Shown one piece after another: positions 39,881-51,376 of a DNA stretch of 64,000 nt. This DNA is from Psilocybe cubensis (Eukaryota). The notes below the pieces were generated by a model. That model was not told the DNA's origin and searched no databases. It saw only the letters and a list, made by a program, of their open reading frames with translations. The translations under genes were made by a program, and so were the position numbers. The stretch spans positions 2,728,001-2,792,000 of the forward strand of contig CM039005.1 in NCBI GenBank assembly GCA_017499595.2, read 5' to 3'. Every line of letters begins with the position of its first letter. Within the stretch, counting starts at the first letter, position 1.

Positions 39881-41335
39881 ATGCCCAACAGTGCAATCAA
39901 CGTATCACAAACCCCAAAAAGAGGAAAAATTGTTAACATGGCCCCAGAACCTTTGAAAATCGAATCGTCGCTTATATCCCGTCTAAACGCCGATATTGTC
40001 GGTGAAATATTTACCGTTTACGTCGACCAGTGGATAAAAGACAACCGCCAAGGAACGACACCCACTCAGCCAGCTATTTATGTTCTTTGCAAAGTAAACC
40101 AAGAATGGAGAAGGCTTGCCCGCCGAACGCCGCGACTTTGGAGATGTATAATCATATGGTATTCGACACGAACATGGAACACCTGTGAAGCTCTCTTATC
40201 TGACTGGATACAATGCGCCGCATCATCACCTCTTCAAGTTTATGTTTTCTCTACAGAAGCGCCTGACACAGAACTGCATCCGTTTCTGCGCGAAACCCTG
40301 ATGCTAAATGCATCTAAATGGTCTTCTTTCATATGTTTAGGACCCACGCCATTTTGGGGCACACCCGTCAAGGAATATTGGTCGTTCCCACAGCTCAAAT
40401 CCATTGCGATTAGTTTAGACGACGACACATACTGTAATTTCAGCGATGCACCACTTCTTAAGGAGTTGGTCGTGAGAAATTTGCAAAAGAACGTCAGTGT
40501 CCATTGGAGCCAACTAACACTAGTTGACATAGCAGTCGAGAAGCTTGAATATGCGATTTTACCGCTAAAGGAACTTAAAGTTGTACAGGATCTTAGGTTA
40601 ACGGTTGAACAATGGCTACTTGAAGACCAGTTAACCGTCGTGACGCCAAAGTTGCACCCCCACCTAAGAAAGCTCTCTTTGCACATGCCAAAACAGACAT
40701 CGGTCATTATATTCAATGCGCTCTCGACCCCCGCCCTGACCGATGTCTCTTTATACTTGCAATCAGACCCCAACAAAAGCGACGAAGATTGGCTACGTTC
40801 CTTTTTAGCATTGATCTCCAGACCAGGGCGACTTCAATCTCTGACAAGTCTAAAACTCGGCCGCCTTGGTAACATCACTGAAGCAAAGTTTGTCAGTCTT
40901 CTGGCACAGATTCCTTCAATCATCAATATAGAGATACTCAACCCTGGATTTGTGATCTCTGATACTATCGTTGATGCCATGAACCCGCAAAACGGCATAC
41001 AGGGAAGATGCATGCTTCCCAACGCGACACACGTGATGTTCAAGAATGTGAAGATCCAATTCGATGGTTTTCTTCTTCTCAACATGCTCAAACAAAGGAA
41101 AAAATGCACAGAACACCCGAACGATTCGAATGCAGTACTACTCAACAAAATACCTGTCATCACGTCCTTCAAGAAAATCGAGTTTTGGTACAACAACCCT
41201 GAATGGATTAGGTCAGATTCGTTCGAAGACCCGAACCTAGTCATGTTATTCTTCTACGAGGTCTTCAAGCTCAAAAATTCCAACAAAATCCTTCTTAAAT
41301 TCTGCTGCCTGCATGACGATCCGTTTGAGGACTAA
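39881..41335 (+). CDS. F-box protein with LRR-like C-terminus (agaric type), intronless CDS
   Basis: ISRLNADIVGEIF..IYVLCKVNQEWRRLARRTPRLW (F-box), followed by LxxL repeats (FPQLKSIAI, APLLKELVV, HPHLRKLSL, TPALTDVSL). Confidence 0.85.
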   Translation: MPNSAINVSQTPKRGKIVNMAPEPLKIESSLISRLNADIVGEIFTVYVDQWIKDNRQGTTPTQPAIYVLCKVNQEWRRLARRTPRLWRCIIIWYSTRTWNTCEALLSDWIQCAASSPLQVYVFSTEAPDTELHPFLRETLMLNASKWSSFICLGPTPFWGTPVKEYWSFPQLKSIAISLDDDTYCNFSDAPLLKELVVRNLQKNVSVHWSQLTLVDIAVEKLEYAILPLKELKVVQDLRLTVEQWLLEDQLTVVTPKLHPHLRKLSLHMPKQTSVIIFNALSTPALTDVSLYLQSDPNKSDEDWLRSFLALISRPGRLQSLTSLKLGRLGNITEAKFVSLLAQIPSIINIEILNPGFVISDTIVDAMNPQNGIQGRCMLPNATHVMFKNVKIQFDGFLLLNMLKQRKKCTEHPNDSNAVLLNKIPVITSFKKIEFWYNNPEWIRSDSFEDPNLVMLFFYEVFKLKNSNKILLKFCCLHDDPFED

Positions 41336-42833
41336 AGTCAAATTTGTTTCCATTTCTGATTTCTTGACCTTTTTGTCGTTCCATGATCACGTACAGTCAA
41401 AAGTAAACAGAATTAGATCAATCGAGCTAGAAACCATGTAAATTGTTCCATTGACCAAATGTTGAAGCACACAATACAATACAGTAGATATGGTGGGTCT
41501 CAAAACAATGATGAGAAAGTATAAAAACGAAAGCCATCTGTGCAATCACTACCCAGGTTGTGCCGACGATGCCATGCAGGAAAAAAAAAATCGCCAGATC
41601 AGAGCGCTGACATCACTCGGTCAAAATCAGCAAAAAAACAGTTGCTTGTTAATCTTGACCCGACCGCGAACAAGGCTCACGCCGTATCGTCTTCACATCA
41701 GACCAGGGCAAAGAGAGAGCATTGTAGGGGATTAAGTGCAAACTAGGTTTATGCAGCGTCCGGTACATACGTGAACGACGGACTGCCATTGAGAACGGAG
41801 AACGGAGCGTACATCAATCAAACTTCTCGTGCTTGTAGGTGCTGAAGTTTTCTCAGGAGAAGGGCGGCGTGGTGTGGACTTTATGGACTCGTCCGTTTTA
41901 CCGGGTTCCATTTGTCTTGTGTGATTCAGGCTGCTCATCATGGTAACTGACGTGGATGAGTCTCTCCAATCACGAATGAGGCGATTTTCTGCCAGTCTTT
42001 CTACAAGCAACCTGTTCAGAATGAGATAGGTGTCGAGTTTAAAATGCAAGATTTAAGGCAAAGATTACACACTTGTAATGCATATAATCAGTCTTCAGTT
42101 CGACAATACTCACTAAGTACGCTTCCCGGTTGAGACTGCCAAATTTGTAACTTGAACCTGCAGTTAACACAATCCGCTTAATTTGAAGCTCTTCAAGATA
42201 CAGGAGGGTCTGGAAAAGCCAAGTATATGCACTTTCGTTTAAAACAGTGGGAATGTAGTGCTCAGCACCTGTTTCACCGCAAACACCATTTTGACAAGGT
42301 GTTCAGGACGATATTACGGAAGTAATCTGTCTACTCAAATTGTCCTTTGCCCAAGTTGGGCACAGCATGCTAGGCTATGCTAGGAAATACCGCACTGATG
42401 GGATTAATCCCGAAGATCCTGCAGGGCATGTAAGCTGTTTTAGCTCTGAGCTACCAGTGGTCCTCTGCCGGTGGCCGCGACGCGACGCGACGCTTCGCTT
42501 AACGAGGAACGTAGAACATTTCTCCAAGTCGAAGAAGACGACCAAAGATGGCGTCGTATTTTCCAACGTACGATGAATGCAATACAACGGAGAAGTGTGC
42601 AGGCCAACAAAAAGCTGAGAATATGAAAGTTTGTCGCCCGTGATGCTATAGTGAGGACCGACCTGCAGCATCAAATGGTTGTTAAATTATCTGCTTGTAT
42701 AATCAGTCTACCCGTGCCTCAGGCATCGATCACATCAGCCAATGAGAGTGAGATGGATCTATCACATTTGCATGGAAATTTACAAGATGGCCATATATCG
42801 CTAATAGCTAACCGCAGTCCGAATCAGCAAACT

Positions 42834-43888
42834 CTAGTCCGAATCAACCAGCATCGCTATCTCGCGCCGGACGAAGTCGAAGGTAGGAAGCTCGTTGTCG
42901 ATGATATCCAGGCACTTTGCAGCAATGAGCGCTGTAAGTTGAGCAGGCACTGAGGAAATGAATGTGAAACAAGGTAACTTGAGGTCCTTTCTGCCCGCAA
43001 GTCGAAGAGATTCCTTCATTTTCCCTATATCGGCCATCTGATCCAACACACAGATCCATCCGTAGAGATCAGCTTTGCACCCGTTGCATATCTTTATGGG
43101 ATTCTCCGCCTCCAAGTCCCTCTCCACCCCATGGCATTCCTTCTCGACGCACAACGGAAACTTCGAAATGAACTCGACAATAGGCTGAAACTTTTCTGAC
43201 CAAACCTTTTGCAATTCAACCTAATCGATATAACAATCATTAGTGCACGGCTAAGTATAGCCATAAATGTTATTGTTACCAAAGGTAACAGAAGGTCCTT
43301 AGAAACCCTCACGGCCAGGCTACCGAAGCTGTATTCGGAGCTGCAGAGGTAAGTTGCAGCCTCATCCAACAGTTTCGTTTGCTTATGGTCAGCAGCGAAA
43401 CAAAATACAAATAGCGGGTAGTGTGGCATGAGAGCTCTATAGTTCAATGCGTGCATCAATGAAGAGCCAAAACAATGTTTGCGTGGAGGTTTGCGCACCT
43501 CATTCTCGCCAAGCAAGTGTTCATCCCGGAGAAGACTTCATACTTGAAGACAGCATTCGCGACATCGATCAGCATCTCGATATTAGTGATTTGCTCAAGA
43601 TTTGGGTGACGTTCGCGCTTCATGAAAGAAAAGACGACATCGAGGACAAATCCATATTCTTCGACTATAGTTGTTCGGGATTCAGCAAGCGTTCCTGGTA
43701 TGGGTTCCTCTGCCAGCCTGGCTAAACCGGGGGCAAATGCCACAACATCTGAAGTCTGGATTTTGTAATATTTTCCATCGATGGAGCGAAACGCCTTCTG
43801 TTTGAAGTGGTCAGTAAGCATTGCAATATTAATCTCAACATCAACTCACATAGTTTTTATCTCCATTTTCTTCGTTAGAGGTGGGCAT
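42834..43888 (-). CDS. BTB/POZ-like protein (agaric type), ~4 exons
   Basis: MPTSNEENGDKNY|KAFRSIDGKYYKIQ..VEEYGFVLDVVFSFM..HPNLEQI..LIDVANAVFKYEVFSGMNTCLARM|R..HYPLFVFCFAADH..LLDEAA. Confidence 0.7.
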
Positions 43889-43933
43889 TGCGACGGTAGT
43901 TGAACTGTAAGTTGAACTGTAAGTGGTAGAAAG

Positions 43934-44386
43934 TAAGGCTCCAACCGTTTAGTTTCCGTTTAAATTTTATTACAAACTAAACGGAAACGGTAATAAACAG
44001 TTTACAAACGTTTATAAACGTTTGTAAACAGTAAGCTCGAGGGTGGCTACAAGGGCAGGCGTTCAACAGCGTTCAACGCATCATTTGTCCTAATGCGGCC
44101 GATTTGCCAAGGAAGATAATAGTTGGCACCTAATTGGTACAAAAATGGGACCAAAACAAGAGTGCAAATGAGTTAGTTTGGTGTAAAGAATAAAAGATGA
44201 ATCATTTGATGTAATACGCACCCAATATTGTCCAAAAAAGAGATATACTTTAGCACAAAAATCTGTTACCGTTTGAACCGTTTATAAACGTTTGTAAACT
44301 GTTTAGCAAGGCTCGTAAACTAAACGAAACGGTAAATGGTATATACCGTTTACAAACGATAAACAAACGAAACGGTTGGAGCCTTA
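43934..44386. mobile_element. hAT-family MITE, 453 bp, 8-bp TSD GTAGAAAG
   Basis: TIR taaggctccaaccgttt ... aaacggttggagcctta. TSD at 43926-43933 and 44387-44394. Many subterminal AAACG(G) repeats. Confidence 0.93.
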
Positions 44387-44718
44387 GTAGAAAGCACAAA
44401 GGCGACACAATTTAAAGGAGTGTTATTGCCGGCGTTTTTAGTGATTTTGGTCAGGTGCTAGGCCGGTGCAAGTGGGTGTACTGAATTGATCAGGCATCGT
44501 AAGTTATACTACTTGGGCAACATGTTTAATTGGTGATATATAAATATAGACTTCAAAAAGAGAGTAGGTACACACCCCCTACCCTTTTGTTTCTCTCTGT
44601 ACCAGCAGAGGTTACCCCCGCCCAAAGGCCAGACAGGGGTGACCTCTGGGTAAAATCAACATCCAGACGTACAACAGATGGCTTCAGTCATGGCCGTAAG
44701 TACAAGTCTGGCGGGTCA

Positions 44719-45016
44719 AATATTATTAGCCTACAAAGATAATTTATAGCACTTACGGGTTCTCCTATTTGGTATACAACGGTGGGCGGATTTGCTGGAG
44801 CGCGAGCGCGCGGGCGGGATGTCTGAGTAACCCTACTGTGGTGGTCAGAAGAGAGAGAGAAGAAAGCGTGAGAACTTGTCAACAGCGTTATGATATCCCA
44901 CTCAAAATTTGATGCCGCTCTGCCGGACACAGATCACCACCGGCTTGAGCGGCTTGAAATTTCCGACGGTACATATTGCGGTGCCAGACATGATGGATCG
45001 CTTTCCTTCTCACTCC
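44719..45016 (-). repeat. Variant A promoter core, 298-bp inverted copy of ~3400-3697
   Basis: Identical reverse complement. Palindrome at 44905-44962. Sits between the divergent BTB (-) and nucleotidyltransferase-like (+) genes. Confidence 0.93.
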
Positions 45017-46149
45017 TTCACTGCATACTGTGCCACTTACGGACGCTCCACGAAACGCAGCGCTTAGGACTGCGCGTTCTTTACTCCTCAGCCTATATAT
45101 TTTATCTCAATATTAAAACTGGAATCTCAGTTGTGTTCGCCACAACTCACACTGTAATGTTCTCCTATGATACAGGGCTCTTCACAGAGGTTACAGGAGG
45201 TGCACTTTAATAAATACCTCTCTCATCCAAGAACTTGAAGACATGCGGGAGTCAGCATGATGTAATCAAAATTATCTGCCCTCGCAATCAAGCCTGACGT
45301 CGTTCTTTACTTGACCTCTCTAGACGGCGAGAGAGCTTTTTCGCACTCATATGGTTTACATCCATTCTGACAAAAATAGCCGCTCTTCACCATTGTCATC
45401 ATCTTGATTGCGCAATACTCAGGCGTGGATAAGGCTCCAGGTGCCTAAAATTTCTCCAATGTTTCGAACTCTCAATTGTGTCGGCAAATATCACACATCA
45501 GGTTCAGCATTGGAGAAATATTCGGCAATTGTATCGGGGATTTGGCAGGCACAAAAATTATCTGTTTTATTTCTCAACCAAAATGCACTTCAAGGGTGCG
45601 ATAGGTTCCAATAAACGCGTCAAGGTAATTTGTATTAAATCAACTGGTCGTTTTCCGTTAAACGCACCACGCTGAAACTGTGGGTGAACCTGAAGATGAT
45701 CATAATGTAGGAACGTTTTGGGGCATATATAAACTACAATCCGCATCTTTGCCAAGTGATCAAACGCCAAGATTTGAAATAAAAGTGCCTCATTCTCTTC
45801 CCTGTCGGATTTAAACCGGAAGGTCATCTTACGTCCTGAGAAATCCATGTGGGCCGCCTTAAATGTTATCCTTTGCGTTGACCTTGAGGCGCTCATCCAC
45901 CCAGCACCATGTCAAAAGAAACAAAGAAGTTTCGGCTGATGGCACCAGCGCCGTAGACGAACCCTCGTTTTCGCCATCTTCTACAGGTTTGATCTTGGAC
46001 ATGTGTTCTGAATCTCACTTCTATCCAATCAAAGGACATTCAGATATCTCTACTGAAACGGCAAACGTGCTTTCAAGCTTGAGAACGGCAAGGAATACAG
46101 CGATATAAATGGTATCATTTTATAGCTGCTCTTAGATAGCATTGCCTTA

Positions 46150-49010
46150 ATGCAACCTTTTACTAGCCTACCGTATCGTATCTCTTCATTACCCGCCGTG
46201 GCGTCCTTGCTTTTGATTATATCTAAACTTCTGTATAAAAAAGAAGAGCAAGATTCTTCTCCTGAAACTATCTCTCCACTGGTAAACGGGAACCCCAATC
46301 CTCCTTCTATTGATATACAGGCTGTGATGACTCCTCCTGTTGTTACCGATCCCGCCGGAGATCCTGAAGTTCAATCAAGTTTAGGGACGTTGAGTGTGTA
46401 TCTTGCATTATTTCTCATGATTCAACTGACCATAGATCATCATTCATGTACTTAGCGCTGCAAGTGGATGCTCCAATTAATGGTCCAATTTCAATCGCTG
46501 ATGAGTCAACGTCAGTCAACAGACCAAACGTGGAAAACCCACTCCAGTCATACCTAGGCGAGTTTCTTCTCCGTGTAACCCAGCTTTCCAACGGTTATTA
46601 ATCAATTGTTTTCAGAGTCTATACACCCGGAGCCATCCAACCATCAGAGGCTTGAGAGTCCACTGGCTGCGCCTTCAACAGATGTCCCCAACGATGGAAT
46701 AGGTATTTATACTTTCAAGCACTACAAATAAGTAAGCCTACTCATCGATTGTTTTCAAGAGACATCCTCTGGTAATAATGCTTCTACCGAGACACCTCCC
46801 GATTACCGTGGCGAGGATGCCGAGAGAGCATACGTTGGTGGAAATACGTCTGATGACGGTGATGAAGACGACGAGAGAGCATTCTTTAGCGCAAATGCGT
46901 CAGAGGACGGTGAAGGCGAGAGAGCATTTGTTAACCAAAATATGTCAGAGGAACCTCGTGAAGATATGATGTTGGGTGTGTATTTTAATATCACATACAA
47001 TGCCAAGTCACTTATTTGTTCGGCACAAGTTATCGAAGACGCCTACGCATCTACTAGTAATGAAAGTGAGGACGGACTCCATGCGTCGAGAACTGCGCGC
47101 GACGCTCTCGAATCTTCGTTGAGAATCATCTTTCATGCCGTCGATAGCAGCAAAAACCGATTCATTGAAGCTTTAGAGAGGCTCCCTGACCGTGCAGGGC
47201 AGGATTTAAACCCGCTCATTCATTCGGCGCTGGCTGATGAGAAAATCTTAAAATCTATGTTAAGCGTCATCCGCCAGCACAAAATATCGTTGCCCATCTA
47301 CATGAATCGATGTGGCCTTGTCGATGTTTTTGACTCAGACCTCTCTCCAACCTTCCGACGCACTCAGCATCCACGAGCTTCAACGGATAGGATCCCTTTT
47401 TATCCCTGTCGTATTCCAGAGATGCGAGGGCTTCCGTCACATTACTTATTCCCACTTTCACCAACAACCAGAAGAGAGCAAGGAAGTCCCGCTTTGGTCA
47501 CAACCTATGCAATGTTCGCGCGAAATTTCGACGTATTCACTGGTGGCGCTTTCACAAAACTGACCAGTTGGGATAACATAATAGTTGCAGGAGGGTCTAT
47601 CTTGGCGTGCGCCACTACCCATTCTGCGAATATTACCGAACGTGACCTGAGGAATTTGTTCCTCATGTCCTCAACGTTTGAGCATGCGAACATTGATGTC
47701 TTTCTTTATGATATGTCTGAGGCAGAAGTAAGTTGCTTTACCATATGAATTCACAACCACTTACTTTTGATTTAATATTCAGGCTAAGAGTCGCATTCTC
47801 CAGCTCCAGTGTGAGATCGACTCTGCCCTCACCTCGAATTCAATCTGCGTTCGCCGCAAACATTCTATCATGGTTTATTGTCAGTATATTTTCTCATCTA
47901 TATCTGTATATACCCTGATATCTTTGTTAGCGAGCTGGCCTCAAAAACCTATCAAGATTGCTTTCAGAGTGTATAACTCTCCTGCGGAGATTTTGACAAG
48001 CATTGATGTTGATTGTGCAGCAATCCTTTATGATGGTAGTTTTACACATCCAACGCCATAGCGTGAACTTATAAGCGCTAATTACAGGCATTTCGGTCTA
48101 TGTTACTCCTCGTAGTCTAGCGGCAATCGTAAGGCAATGTAACATGATCGACCTTCAACGATGGTCGCCCGAATACGAATTTAGACTTGCAAAATACGGT
48201 GCAAGATCCTACGAAGTTTATATTCCACAGATGGAACGGCGAAAGTTTGTCTACGAAGACGTGAGTCATGTTTGCGCAGATTTGTTTGTAATACGACACT
48301 CAAAGGCATGCCTTACTTACAGCACGTCAGTCCAATGGCTCTCTTTTTTAGGCAGAAGGGACTTGCCTTACTGAAAACACTCGAGATGGAATTTATGATT
48401 CCATCTCGCTTTGAACGCATGAATCGCATTGCCTGGACTGGACGCTCACAGCCTTTCTTATTCCCTGATAGCTCTCCTACGTCCCAATTTGCAGTCCGTG
48501 TCAAGGAGACCATTACCGCAGAAACAATCCTTGCAGATGTTCAGGATTTTGTAAGTTATTTTACTGAGATCCAAAATATACCAATGCTAAAATGTGAGAA
48601 TGTATAGGATATGCGACTCAGTTCGCCACAGGCGACGATAAACGAGGGTCGTCGGTTGCACCGTCATACAATGTTCGCAGGCTCAATGGAACAATGTCTC
48701 GACCAATTTTGCCACGTATGTCCCGATTCTTATGAGAATTCTATTATTCATATTACTATATTTTCTAATATATAGGATTGCCCGGAGCCATTGAGCCGCG
48801 AGGAGAAAGACCAAGTTCAAAGAGAAAGAGCCTACATCAGAGGGCCGGTTCAGTATGTTTCTTACTCAACATTGATAGGTGGATAATGACGTCCTTCTAA
48901 GGTTCCGTACAGATGACCCAGGTCGTTTTTTTGTGATCCGAGACGACAAAGAAAATGAGGCGCCGGATTTTGACACTTGGCTTATGAGTGCATATGAGAG
49001 AGCATGTTAG
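46150..49010 (+). CDS. Pol-beta-fold nucleotidyltransferase-like protein with low-complexity N-terminus; many exons; 5' end uncertain
   Basis: WDNIIVAGGSILAC..ANIDVFLYDM, IKIAFRVYNSPAEILTSIDVDCAAILYDG, VTPRSLAAIVRQCNMIDLQRWSPEYEFRLAKY, LHRHTMFAGSMEQC, FRTDDPGR..W..AY. Resembles the NTase domain of a fungal family often annotated 'ankyrin repeat protein'. Confidence 0.7.
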
Positions 49011-49299
49011 GTCCTGAGTTCTTAGACTGAGCGTTCAACCGCATCATGGGAGTCGTTGCGCTCAACCGCATGGCGAGATCTCTTCGCGGACGACATGGGA
49101 TCCCTTACGCGTTCAACCGCGTTCTTTGGCTTTAGTACGTGCTCAACCGCGTTGGTGGAGCCATGTCCGCTTAAGTGGATACATTTTCTGTTATGGATTT
49201 TGCTTGCGTACAATTATTTGATGTTGATATAAACTAGTCCTCCGAGTCCCTCTTCGACGAACCTAACATGAAACACCAGAACATTGGGATCTTGCTTTA

Positions 49300-49587
49300 C
49301 TATTCATACATCTAAGAAATTGAGAAAGATTGATACCAGAAAATAAATCACAGTGTAACTCACCTTCCCCTCGCACTTTCATCTTCCTCCAAATCGACTC
49401 CTTCGTCTACTTGAGCTTCCATATCCAGAAACTGGCGGATTTCTGGATCGACCTGAGAAACATGTGTGAACGAAACCAGTCTTAGCCCTGAGGAATTGTT
49501 GCATACCTTGTTCATTTTGTCTATGCGAGGAGGATTATGGTTGTGAATGTCTATCGCTTTACTTTTGTTGCGCGTGCGCGTTACCAT
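49300..49587 (-). pseudogene. Spt5-like 5' exons only (truncated)
   Basis: MVTRTRNK..|VDPEIRQFLDMEAQVDEG..| then DV* in exon 3. Confidence 0.75.
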
Positions 49588-49883
49588 GTCGGTTTATCAC
49601 AACAAATAGAGAGCCTACAGTTCTTATTATATCAATGACATAACCTGACGCATTCTGACATTGCACTCTTGGGTGGGAGTTTATGATATCGACATTGCAT
49701 TCATTCAATTCTTACAGTTTATGACATCGATGTATACAGATTTTCTTGACTTATCACACTGAACGTAAGAAAAGCGCTAGAATATTATAAATGGTGATAT
49801 AACCGTGCAGATGATTGGATGTTGTCAGGCAATGAGGGCATGCAGAGGCGTACGAACACTACGCTCACAGTTGAGGGACGGAG

Positions 49884-50050
49884 TGAGAAGGAAAGCGATC
49901 CATCATGTCTGGCACCGCAATATGTACCGTCGGAAATTTCAAGCCGCTCAAGCCGGTGGTGATCTGTGTCCGGCAGAGCGGCATCAAATTTTGAGTGGGA
50001 TATCATAACGCTGTTGACAAGTTCTCACGCTTTCTTCTCTCTCTCTTCTG
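49884..50050. promoter_or_regulatory. Palindromic promoter, variant A copy (palindrome 49934-49991)
   Basis: Identical to 3404-3570. Confidence 0.6.
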
Positions 50051-51376
50051 ACCACCACAGTAGGGTTACTCAGACATCCCGCCCGCGCGCTCGCGCTCCA
50101 GCAAATCCGCCCACCGTTGTATACCAAATAGGAGAACCCGTAAGTGCTATAAATTATCTTTGTAGGCTAATAATATTGACGCTCGTTCGAAATCCAGACA
50201 TGGTATAATCTATACATCCCCGACACTGCGAGTTTGTTCTAGCCAGGTCAACTCTGAGTCTGGCTGCACTCGCATAACCATTTGAGGTGCGACAACATCA
50301 GGATCAACGAGTCTGCCTGCTTCGTTATTGTCCCCGGATGCCCGCGCCCAAGACGCAGAGGAGTTCTTCGAAACAGTTCGGGTTATCAGGTACGCGTTTC
50401 TCGAAATATCTTTCATGTTTGCTTCGCTGAAATGTATCCATTCAGTTGGTACCCGTTCATAAGTGCTCTTGCGGAAGACAACAGGGCCGGCTCGTTGCAC
50501 CTTTCTGACTCGGAACGAACGCGCTCAGTATAAGCAATCTCTCTGCAATTGACGACGTCTCTCGAAATGCTTGTTTGCGTCTCTGAAGCGACAATAAACA
50601 CTCTCGTGTTCCTTGGGCCTTCGACTGTGATATGAACGCAGTCTCTGTAAGTCTTTCCAATTTATTACCGTGTCGCCAGTGTTCAAAGATCCTCTGCGCC
50701 TCTAGTGCCGTATCTATTCTTTTCGAGCACCAGCCGCTTTCAACCTGGGTCTGAGTGAGTTCCTTCCGCTTCATCGCTAATTTCTGCATCCGTACTAATG
50801 CATACAACAACACACAGGCAGCCATGTTGCCTCTTTGTGGCGATGGAACAACGATCCGCGTATCTGTGTATAGAGACGGAGAATGTCGCGCTGTTGTTGT
50901 GTTTTCATCGATGACTGAAACAGTATGTTATTGGCGGGAAACCGACTTTCCGACGGCTAATGTAGTCCCAATTTTATACTCAATTGTTTTAGCAAATATA
51001 CATCGATTACCCCTTTATAGATTCATAATCATTTCGCTCGTAGACGTTACCTACACCCTCTTTTCTTCTGCGCTTTGTCGACCCATCCTGTTGTTTCATT
51101 ATGAATTAGTGCACTTTTAATTAATGCTACCACCATTTGGTCATTCTTTGGATCGGTCGCTGTCACCCCTCCCTCGTTTTTTGATTTTGGCATATTTGTG
51201 CAAACAACACGTTGCCGATGTAGAGTGAGGATTCGCCTGACACCTCAGAGGAATACATTACCCGAAAGACCGGAAAGGTTCCTATCGTGATCATTACTTC
51301 AAACACCGAGAACCCGATTGCAAGTACCTTCCTTTGTTTTCCAGTCTACTATTTCATCAATTACTTTTTATAACAG

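Noticed and set aside
40240-41244. Minus-strand ORFs overlapping the F-box gene
   Set aside because: Antisense shadows of a clear plus-strand CDS.
41732-42674. Possible minus-strand gene between the F-box and BTB genes
   Set aside because: Several stops and no recognisable domain; I could not build a consistent spliced model.
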